A stretch of DNA of 64,000 nt from Octopus vulgaris (taxonomy: Eukaryota), in NCBI GenBank assembly GCA_951406725.2, contig OX597838.1, positions 29,698,001-29,762,000 on the forward strand, written 5' to 3'. The position numbers and the translations under genes are program-made. Of this stretch, positions 1-11,700 are shown piece after piece. The notes beneath the pieces were generated by a model. It ran no database searches. It was given only the letters and a program-made list of their open reading frames with translations, and was not told the origin of the DNA. The first letter of the stretch is position 1; each line of letters opens with the position of its first letter.

Positions 1-220
1 GGCAGAATCATTAGCACTCTGGGCGAAATGCTTAGCGGTATTTCGTCTGCTGTTATGTTCTGAGTTCAAATTCCACCGAGGTCGACTTTGCCTTTCATCC
101 TTTCGGGGTCGATAAATTAAGTACCAGTTGTGCACTGGGGTCGATGTAATCGACTTAATCCCTTTGTCTGTCCTAGTTTGTCCACTCTATGTTTAGCCCC
201 TTGTGGGTAATAAAGAAATA
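1..220 (+). mobile_element. tRNA-headed SINE, family A (5' end cut by window)
   Basis: GAGTTCAAATTCC B-box-like, GCCTTTCATCCTTTCGGGGTCGATAAATTAAGTACC core, tail TAAAGAAATA; more than 20 copies or fragments in the window. Confidence 0.85.
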
Positions 221-499
221 GGTAATGTTCCATTTAAAATGGAGGCTGGACATGTCCGTGTGTCAGTTAGTGATTGAATGCCAATCTGTTTAGTGGCAGA
301 AATGATCAATAAAATAAGCGCCAGAGTTAAACATAGGGTTGCTTTGTTTGACTAAATTCTTTAAGGTTGTGCTCCAGCATGGCCACAGTCCAATGACTGA
401 AACGAGTTAAAGACAAAAAGGAAAAAAAGAGATCAAATATTAAGTTTTAGAATAACTTCTCTGCCCTGCCTTTGGGAAAGAAACATCTTTTTATTTCTC

Positions 500-918
500 C
501 CCCACCACCACCATCACCACTATCATCACCACTATCACCATCACCATCACCACCACCACCACTATCACCATCACCACCACCACCATCATCACCACCATCA
601 TCATCATCATCATCATCATCACCACCACTATCACCATCACCACCACCATCACCATCACAACCACCATCATCACCACCACTATCACCACCACTATCACCAC
701 CACTATCACCATCACCACCACCACCATCACCACCACTATCACCATCACCACTACTATCACCATCACCACCATCACAACCACTACCATCACCACCATCACC
801 ACCACTATCACCACCACCACCATCATCACCACCACCATCACCACCACCATCATCACCATCACCACCACCACCACCACCACCACCACCACCACCACCACCA
901 CCACCATCACCACCACCG
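500..918. repeat. (CAC/CAT) trinucleotide low-complexity tract
   Basis: About 420 bp of ACC/ATC units ending ~30 nt before an exon acceptor. Confidence 0.95.
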
Positions 919-951
919 TTCTGATTGTATTTCTTCTTTCTTTCTGTGAAG

Positions 952-1031
952 GTTGCTCAAAGAGTTGCCGATGAACGTGACGTAGCATGTGGACAGGGCA
1001 GCGAAGTGGGGTTCCAGATTCGCTTGGAAAG
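952..1031 (+). CDS. DHX36: DHX36 exon (VAQRVADER...GFQIRLE)
   Basis: Pyrimidine tract + AG at 950-951; donor GTTCGC at 1032 (weak); RHA helicase sequence after motif Ia. Confidence 0.85.
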
Positions 1032-1282
1032 GTTCGCTTCTCTTTTGCTTCTTGCTTGCTTGTTTCCTTGTTCTTTTACTCTTTTACTTGTTTCAGTCAT
1101 TTGACTACGGCCATGCTGGAGCATCGCCTTCAGTCAAACGAATCGACCCCAGGACTACTACTTTGTACGCCTAGTACTTATTCTATCGGTCCTTTTGCCG
1201 AACCGCTAAGTTACGGGGATGTAAACACACCAACATTGGTTGTCAAGCAATGGTGTGGGGACAAACACCAACACAAAAATAT

Positions 1283-1351
<69 letters not shown>

Positions 1352-1737
1352 TGTGTATATATACATACATGGCACACACACATGCAGTGGGCTTCTTTCA
1401 GTTTCCATCTACCAAATCTACTCACTAGGATTTGGTCGGCTCCAGGCTATAGCCCAAGGTGCCTCGCAGTGGGACTGAACCCAGAACCATGTGGTTGGGA
1501 AGCAACCTTCTTCCCACATATCTGTGCCTGCACCTTTTGTTTGTTTACTGTTTGGTTTTCTTATTTCTTTCTTTTTTTTTTTTATTTGATATTTTTTCTC
1601 TCTCCTTTCTCAAACAAATGAAATCATCAACAGTTGATTGGATTTAAAGTAGTTTTGAAGATTGAAATCTATCTCTTTTTCTATCTATCTATTTATGCCT
1701 CTTTCTGTATATGTTTCTCTTTTTCTGTCTATCTACA

Positions 1738-1809
<72 letters not shown>

Positions 1810-2102
1810 TTTATTTTAAGCAGCAGAAAATTCAATGATATCAGACAGTAAAAACTGTCTGATGAACGGCAGGAAACTCAGATCAGATTTTGTTGAATTT
1901 TCTGCTGTTAAAATAAAGCATATTACTCTACCACTGGTATTTGAGTACTCTTTTTTCCACCTTGTTTCACATTTATGTGTTTACTCCGGTATATATATAT
2001 ATATACTTGTCAATCTATCTTTATATTTTTTCTTTCTTTCTATCTGTCAATATCTTTTTCTAACTATCTATATCTCTATATTTTTCTATCTGTCTATCTA
2101 TC

Positions 2103-2155
<53 letters not shown>

Positions 2156-2262
2156 GTCTATGTCTCTCTCTCTCTCAATCTATGTCTATCTCTCTATCTT
2201 TCTATCTCTCTATCTTTCTCAGTCTGCCTATCTCTCCCTCTTCTTCCCTTTCTTTCTTTTGA

Positions 2263-2312
<50 letters not shown>

Positions 2313-5300
2313 TGACATCTGAAAACAAATGATGAGGATGATATATTTATTCCTTTCTTTTTCTCTTCCCCTCAACCCCCCCCCCCCCCCACAGGGAGCT
2401 TCCACGAGAGCGAGGATCCATACTATTCTGTACGACTGGTATTGTGCTGAAATGGCTGGAATCTGATCCGTAAGTTGACAACACACTTGCATTCTACTAC
2501 TACCACCACCACCACTATCACTGCTACATTATCACCACAACTACCTCCACTGCTACTACTAACTACCACTACCATCAGCACTATTGTCACCATCAGCACC
2601 TCTAAATTCTGTTATTTTCTGCATTAATTAAAACCCAGAGTGTTTCATTAGAAACCTGGCCACAAAATGGTTAGACCTTGTTTTATGTGTTTGTTTATGG
2701 TTAAATACCATTATTTACAGACATAGTCTACCCATCTCAATTTTTGTTATTGCTGTAAAATGGTTTGTATTAAGAAGGACATCTGGTGGTAGAAACCATG
2801 CCAAAAGAAAAACATGCAATTGTGCTTTGGTTTTCTGATCTGCCTGGGAGGGGGAGGTGACCCTGGATAAAAAAACTGATTTGATCTGTGGTAACTTGTC
2901 CAACCCACTGCAGCATGTATATCAAAATGTAATGTTTGTTCTTGATATACATCGAGATGAGATGGTCGTGGCTGGAATGCCTCAGTTCATAACAAAAAGG
3001 AAGAAAATCTACTAATGAGGAATCTCTGTGTGTCCACTCGACCTGCTAGAAATAGTTGCCAAATCTCCCTCAAATCACATAGTGTTATCATAAGAAAGAA
3101 AGGACACATTGGATAATGTAGATTTACATACACACCAACTATAGTAAAACAAATGGGATGGTCATGGCTGGACCATTTATGGCTGATTTAGGGTTATACA
3201 ACATCAGCATTAACAACAACCACTTCAAAAGCTCGCCGCTGACCCTTGTATTGGTGTTTTTCTGTTTCCAGGTCGTTACTCCGTGCCTCACACATCATAC
3301 TCGACGAGATCCATGAGCGGGATCTCCTCTCGGACTTCCTCATGGTCATCATCAAAGATCTCTTGGTCACTCGGCCGGACATTAAAGTGATTTTGATGAG
3401 TGCGACCCTCAACGCAGAAATGTTCTCCATCTACTTTGGTAAGTTACCCAACAGAAACCTACCTTAATACCTATTTCTTTACTACCCACAAGCGGCTAAA
3501 CAGAGAGACGACAAACAAGGACAGGCAAAGGGATTAAGTCGATTACATCGACCCCAGTACGTAACTGGTACTTAATTTATTGACTCCGAAAGGATGAAAG
3601 GCAAAGTTGACCTCGGCGGAATTTGAACTCAGAACATAACGACAGACGAAATACTGTTAAGCATTTCGCCCGGCGTGCTAACGTTTCTGCCAGCTCGCCG
3701 CCTTAATATCTATCTTAAGGTGGCAAGCTGGCAGAAACGTTAGCACGCCGGGCAAAATGCTTAACAGTATTTCGTCTGCCATTACGTTCTGAGTTCAAAT
3801 TCCGCCAAGGTCAACTTTGCCTTTCATCCTTTCGGAGTCAATAAATTAAGTACCGTTTACACACTGGGGTCGATGTAATCAACTTAATCTCTTTGTCTGT
3901 CCTTGTTTGTCCCCTCTATGTTTAGCCCTTTGTGGGTAATAAAGAAATAAGAAACCTACCTTAATAGGTAGGCGCAGGAATGGCTGTGTGGTAAGTAGCT
4001 TGCTAACCAACCACATGGTTCCGGGTTCAGTCCCACTGCGTGGCACCTTGGGCAAGAGTCTTCTAATATAGCTTTGGGCCGACCAAAGCCTTGTGAGTGG
4101 ATTTAGCAGACGGAAACTGAAAGAAGCCCGTCGTATATATGTATATGTATATATATATATTTGTGTATGTGTGTGTATATGTTTGTATGTTTGTGTGTCC
4201 CCCAACATTGCTTGACAACCGATGCTGGTGTGTTTATGTCCCCGTCACTTAGCGGTTTGGCAAAAGAGACCGATAGAATAAGTACTAGGCTTACAAAGAA
4301 TAAGTCCTGGGGTCGATTTGTTCGACTAAAGGTGGTGCTCCAGCATGGCCACAGTCAAATGACTGAAACAAATAAAAGAGTAAAAGAGTAGGCCAGATCC
4401 AGCCAATTTAAAGATAAAACAGGTAGATTGTTTTGACCAGATAAGGCCTGATTAAATGCTAAAAGGTTGAACTTATCTAAATTAAAAATGTCCATCAAAA
4501 TAGTTGGTTACCAGGGTGACAGTTGTGGCAAATAGTGTTTAGTAGACTGTGTTCAAAGCATTGTACCATCCATCTCCTTCAATCTTGAATAAGAAAAGTT
4601 GGCAGGTCAGATTATTAGATTTTTTTTTTCTTATTTTAATCATTTGACTGTGGCCACGCTGGGACACCACCTTGAAGAGTTTAGTTGAATGAATTGACCC
4701 CAGGCCTTTTTTTTTTTAAAGCCTGGTACTTATTTTATTGGTCTCTTTTGCCAAGCTGCTAAGTTACAAGGACTAAACACCCCACCACTGGTTGGCAAGC
4801 AGTGGTGGGGTACAAACACAGACACAAAGGTACACTCACACACACACACACACACACACCTTTCATTGTGGTTTTGTGGCACAGAGCAAAGCAGACCTTG
4901 CCATCCACTCAAGAAAACACAGTAAATGATACTCAAGCAAACTGAGCCCTCAGCTTGGTCCATTTGCCAAAAGGTTTGCAAGGCGCCAACAGTCCTCAAG
5001 CGAGACATTTGATTATGTATATGATTACTGCTCATTTTTACTAAGCCCTCATTTGTTGTTCACAACAAGAGAATTCATATATATAAAGGTGGTACTCCAG
5101 CATGGCCACAGTCAAATGACTGAAACAAGTAAAAGAGTATATATATATATATATATATATATATACGACGGGCTTCTTTCAGTTTCCGTCTACCAAATCC
5201 ACTCACAAAGCTTTGGTTGGCCTGAGGCGATAGTGGCGCAGACACTTGCCCCAAGGTTCCACACAGTGGGACTGAACATGGAACCATGCATTTGGGAAGC

Positions 5301-5713
5301 TAGCTTCTTACCACACAACCACTATTGCCTCTCTTAAAAAAAAAAGCATCAAACCTTCTAGAATGTTCCATGTATTTTTCCATGCAGAAAACGACTGAGT
5401 TGGGGTTTTTTGGTTTTTCTGGTTTGTTTTTTCTAGAAAGTCATTGTATTCTGTGAGGTTGTGAAATTCCAAAGACCAAATTAATTCCTTTGGGTTTTCT
5501 TTTTATTTGTTTTTTTTTTGTTGTTGTATTTTATTTTGTTTCTCTTTTTGTTATTCCAATATTTTTTTTTTTGTTGCTAAACGTCTCGTTTCAATTATTT
5601 CTCTGCAGGTGGTGCCCCCATGATCAACATTCCTGGATTTACTTACCCAGTCAAAGAATATTATTTGGAAGACGTCTTAGAAATGACAAAGTAAAATCTT
5701 GTTCTTAAACAGC

Positions 5714-5757
<44 letters not shown>

Positions 5758-8700
5758 CTGTCTATGTGTTTGAGTTTAGTTCCACTGCTTGGTACTTTTG
5801 GCAAGTGTCTTATATATTTCTTTACTACCCACAAGGGGCTAAACACAGAGGGGACAAACGGATTAAGTCCATTATATCGACCCCAGTGCGTGATTGGTAC
5901 TTAATTTATCGACCCCGAAAGGATGAAAGGCAAAGTCGACCTCGGCGGAATTTGAACTCAGAACATAACGGCAGACGAAATACCTATTTCTTTATTACCG
6001 ACAAGGGGCTAAACACAGAGAGGACAAACAAAGACAGACAAAGGTATTAAGTCGATTACATTGACCCCAGTGTGTAACTGGTACTTAATTTATCAACCCC
6101 GAAAGGATGAAAGGCAAAGTCGACCTCGGCGGAATTTGAACTCAGAACATAACGGCAGACGAAATACCTATTTCTTTATTACCGACAAGGGGCTAAACAC
6201 AGAGAGGACAAACAAAGACAGACAAAGGTATTAAGTCGATTACATTGACCCCAGTGTGTAACTGGTACTTAATTTATCAACCCCGAAAGGATGAAAGGCA
6301 AAGTCGACCTCGGCGGAATTTGAACTCAGAACATAACGGCAGACGAAATACCTATTTCTTTATTACCGACAAGGGGCTAAACATAGAGGGGACAAACAAG
6401 GACAGACAAAGGTATTAAGTCGATTACATCGACCCCAGTGCATAACTGGTACTTTATTTATTGACTCCGAAAGGATGAAAGGCAAAGTTGACCTCGGCGG
6501 AATTTGAACTCAGAACGTAACGGCAGACAAAATACGGCTACGCATTTTGCACGGTGTGCTAACGTTTCTGCCAGCTCACCACCTTTTAACTATAGCCCCA
6601 GACCAATCAAAGACTTGTGAGTGGATTTGGCAAATGGAAACTGAAAGAAGCCCATTGTGAGTGTGTGTGTGTTCATATTTGAACTTTTCTGTGATTTGTC
6701 AATGAAGCACAGACAGCAAACATTCTCGCATACATGCATACACAACACATACACATGTATACACATATATGCATACATACATGTATAAATACACACACAC
6801 ACATGCATGACTATGGTAAAACATCTACTTCTCAATCACATATTTCCAGGTTCAGCCCCACTTCATGGCACCTTGCATAAGTGTCTAGTGAGTGGATTTG
6901 ATAGACAGAAATTGAAAGAAGATCATCATGACCATTCAATGTCCATGGGTTGGACGGTTTGACCAGGGCTGGTAAGCAGGAGAGCTGCACCAGACTCCAG
7001 TCTCATTTGGCAAGGTTTCTACAGCTGGATGCTCTGACAGTGTAATGGCTGCTTCTACGTGCCACCAGGCATGGGTGCCATTTGTGTGACACCAGTATGT
7101 GCCATGACTGCGACTTTGCTTGGCTTGATGGGTCTTCTTCTCAAGCACGCTATAATACCAAAGGTCTTGGCCATTGCCTCTGTGAGGCCCAACACCTGAA
7201 AGAAACTCAGCCACTTTGTCTCCGTGGGGCCCAATGATCAAAAGGAACTCAACCACTTTGCCTCTGTGAGGCCCAAATATATATAACGGGCTTCTTTCAG
7301 TTTCCATCTGCCAAATCCGCTTACAAGGCTTTGGTCAGCTCGAGGCTGTAGTAGAAGACACTTGCCCAAGGTGCCACACAGTGGGACCAAACCCAGAGCC
7401 GTGTGGTTGGGAAGCACGTTTGTTACCACATGGCCACACCAGTGTCCAAAATTTTCATCGCTTGAAACTGTTCACTGACAAAAAGTGGGGTCAGTGAAAA
7501 ATGTTTTAAGGGAAGTTGACATTTTTCTGTGGTTCTGAAGGGCTACCCCTGGTCTTCCTCACTGCAATCACTTTTGTTTCAATACATGATCTCTGTAAAG
7601 CAAATAGTTCTAATTGAATTTTCCTTTTGCCTACCATAGTTATCAGCCACCTGAAGCCAAGCGTCCGAAATGGGGCATGAGAGGAATGGCTAATGCCAGG
7701 AAGGAAGAAACGGAAAGACAGCAAATGAAGGATTGGATTCGTGAGACAATACAAGGAAGGTATGGATTCACATCACCACATCTCGTTTAACCCTTCAGCA
7801 TGTAATCCGGCCCGAATATTCCACTCATTTTTATATTTAAACTGACCAGATCTGACCTCTCACACCTCCCCTACAATGTCATTGTAAAAATAAACAATCA
7901 CATTATTGAAATCCCAAAGCTACAAGATAATGCATGATTAATTCAAGACTATGTAATTAAATAAGCATTACTTTTGATAATAATCTGAATGCTAAAGGGA
8001 TAATAATTAAATCTGTGAGATGAGTCATTAACAAGATTATGTTTTCCATAAACTAATTAACCCTTTCTTCAGCAATAAAATATTGTTTAATTATTTTAAA
8101 TCTAATTAAATTTTTAGATAGATGAGATGAGTCATTAACAAGATTATATTTTCCCACAAACTAATTAACCTATTCTTTAGTAATAAAACATTGTTTTAAT
8201 TATTTTATATCAACACTACATACCAACCGGTTTCAACTCTGATCATCATCAGTCAGATGTCTACATAATATACAAGCTTTATTAGTGTTTGTCTCCTCAG
8301 TTAAGAAAGCTCTTTCAGGGACATTTGCTGTGCCCCCTACACTTTTCATTCCAGTCAATTCAAGAACATTCAGTGCAGCTCCTCCTACATATTCCACACC
8401 AGTCCCTTCACCACCACTGTGGCCCCTACATCTACCGTTTCTATTCCAGCTACAGCCCTTCAACCTGTCACTCCCTTGCTTCTATGGACCATAAATTCAT
8501 TGATATCGAACTCGTTGCTGAACTTATCAAGTATATTTGCTACAAGAAAGAGGTGAGTGTCTAAATATCGATTTCGAATTTTGGCACAAAGCCAGCAATT
8601 TTAGGGGAGGTTGGGTTAAGTTGATTACACTAACCCCAGTGTTCAAGTGGTACTTATTTTATCAACCCCAAAAGGGTGAAAGGAAAAGTTGACCACAGCA

Positions 8701-11700
8701 GAATTTGAACTCAGAATGTAAAAACAGTCGAAATGCTACTAAACCTTTTTTTTTTTACATATTTCTGTTGAAATACACTGTATTAATTTAAAAAATAACG
8801 AAGTGAGTGGATTTGGTAGAAGGAAACTGAAAGAAGCCCGTTGTATATATGTGTGTGTGTTTGTGTGTCTGTGTTTGTCCCCCTAGCATTACTTGACAAC
8901 AGATGGTGGTGTGTTTATGTCCCCATTACTTAGTGGTTCGGCAAAAGAGACCGATAGAATAAGTACTGGGCTTACAAAAAGAATAAGTCCCGGGGTCGAG
9001 TTGCTCGATTAAAGGTGGTGCTCCAGCATGGCCGCAGTCAAATGACTGAAACAAGTAAAAGGGTAAAAAGAGAGTAAAGAGTATTTAATAAAATAACTTT
9101 ATCATTATTAAGCTGGAATTTGGAACATAAATCAGAGAAATTTTCATGAAAGTCTTTGATTTAGATCAGTTTAAAATACGGAACCCAATATTTACCTGGT
9201 GTTACTTATAGCTTTATCTTCTTCAAGTTCCACCATTAAAAAAAAAAAACAATCACTTTACATTGTGTATTTCAGTTTAATACTTTGAAAAATGTTATTT
9301 GATTTCCAGGATGGTGCCATTCTTGTATTCCTTACTGGTTGGGAAGAAATCCGAAAAACCAACGACCTCCTCAACAAAGATCCTACATTCAACAGTCGTA
9401 TGTTTTATTGACATTTTTATCTGTTTTGTTCTGTAATATTGCTGGTATGTGTTTGTGGCGAGCTGGCAGAAACGTTAGCACGCCAGGCGAAATGCTTAGC
9501 GGTATTTCGTCTGCGTTACGTTGTGAGTTCAAATTCCGCCGAGGTCGACTTTGCCTTTCATCCTTTCGGGGTCGATAAATTAAGTACCAGTTACGCACTG
9601 GGGTCGATGTAATCGACTTAATACCTATGTCTGTCCTTGTTTGTCCCCTCTGTGTTTAGCCCCTTGTGGGTAATAAAGAAATAGGTATGTGTTTGTGGAG
9701 ACCCCTAGAGGTTACAAAACTGAGATTGGCAGGTAGGGGAATAGTTTTTAAATTGCTTGACCAATGGAGGAAGGGCAGAACTGATGAGCCCATTTTTTTT
9801 TCCAGGGCCTCCGTGAGTGGTAGGAAAGAGAGAGTGACTCTCAGATTGAATCCCTGGGTTACTGGTACGAGAGAGAGAGAGAGAGTGATCCTTAGATGAG
9901 AACCCTGATTTACTGGTGGGAGATAGAGTGACCTTTAAGGGGAAGGGTATCTTTTTTTTCTTCAGAAATGTAAATAAACCCAATCTGTTTCTTAAACGAG
10001 GGACATATTCATATGGCACAGAATGTTTTGCACCTCAATAGACGTCATTGATTGGTTGAAATTGCAGAAATTGAAGAAAAACAAAAACAAATATCTCACA
10101 AACTATAGAATTTTCTCAATAAAGCCAAGAGAAAAAGATGTTTTATAAACACATTCTACCAGTATACGAAGTTTAAAATTTTTTAGTTATATGGAAATTA
10201 TTTTAAAAAACTGCCGTTCAAACCGAAAAGATCCGACACCTGCCTGAGCTGCTGTGCTCTGCGATTGAACCTGCAACAACATAGTTACAAAGTAAACTTC
10301 TTAACCATGTGGTCATGTTTATGACTTTGGTGACACATGGAGGTGGATGGTAGCAATGACATGTGGTGATTAATGTGGTGATTACATGTGGAGGTAACTG
10401 ATGGCAATGACAATGGAATCAGTTTGATAATACATGGAGGTGATATGGTGGCATGTGGAAGCGAATGTGGAGATGACATGTGGAGATGTTTGGTGTCGAT
10501 AACACATGGAGGTGAATGGTGTAGTGACGAAGGGAGGTAAGTAATGATGAGCCTTGTCAGTGACTTATTGAGACAGATGGTGTTAGTTGCTGCCGATTGG
10601 TTAATGATCCATCAGGCATCTGTTATATGGTAGGTACCTTGTTATACAACAGAGTGAAATCCATGGTTCTAATATTCCATCTGAAACTATTTCCCATTGT
10701 TTAGAAAATCTGCAAATCAGTCAAATTCCAGCCATGACCATCACATCTCTTTTTTTTTGTTTTCTTTCAAGTGGGTAAGGTGTAATTTGAAGGGCTGTGG
10801 AGTCGAAACAAACAAACTTTGACTCCGACTCCTCTACTATTGACACCTCTGACTCCAACTCCTCTACTATTACCTCTGACTCCGACTCCTCTACTATTGA
10901 CATCTCTGACCCCGACTCCTCTACTATTGACACCTCTGACTCCGACTCCTCTACTATTGACACCTCTGACTCCGACTCCTCTACTATTGACACCTCTGAC
11001 TCCGACTCCTCTACTATTGACACCTCTGACTCCGACTCCTCTACTATTGACACCTCTGACTCCGACTCCTCTACTATTGACACCTCTGACCCCGACTCCT
11101 CTACTATTGACACCTCTGACTCCGACTCCTCTACTATTGACACCTCTGACTCTGACTCATCTCTGTAATTAAGTGATTGTGATCTGTTTCACTGACTCCA
11201 ACTACCCCTTAATTGTTTCCAACTCCGACTCCGACTCCCTGGTAATTTGATAGAGATTTGACAGCTATTTCTATCAGCTGAGGCAACCACATTGGGATTC
11301 TACCATTGTTTGGTATTTAGTTGCTACCAATAGTAGTAACAGTCAGAACTTCCTTCAGTAGAGAGAGAGAAACGAAGAGGTTCACAGCAACATTTATTTG
11401 TATTTAATCCAAATCTCTCTCTTTTTTTTTTGTACATATTTTGTCTCATTTTTACTTCCAGGGAATTTCCGCATTATCCCATTGCATTCATTGATGCCAA
11501 CTGTAAACCAGAGAGAAGTGTTCAACCGACCCCCAGTAGGGGTTCGCAAGATTGTACTGGCTACAAACATCGCGGAGACAAGGTAGGCAACACTCGCAAC
11601 GGTGGTCCCTTGTTATTTGTAACTTGCCTTCATTTTTTTCTTTTAAAGCCTACCAAATGAAGTGGAATCGATGGCCATACTGGAGTCCACTTTGTCTTGT

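Noticed and set aside
472-988. Pro/Ser-rich and Val/Met-rich ORFs
   Set aside because: Translations of a (CAC/CAT)n tract inside a DHX36 intron
3972-4050. tRNA genes suggested by A/B-box-like motifs
   Set aside because: They are SINE heads; no complete cloverleaf and always followed by SINE bodies
9781-9815. CTGATGA followed by a GCCC/GGGC stem
   Set aside because: No GAAA after the stem and no stems I/III; not a hammerhead
10721-11172. SD-repeat-like ORFs / CRISPR-like periodicity
   Set aside because: Pure 30-bp tandem repeat with no unique spacers; eukaryotic intron, no cas genes
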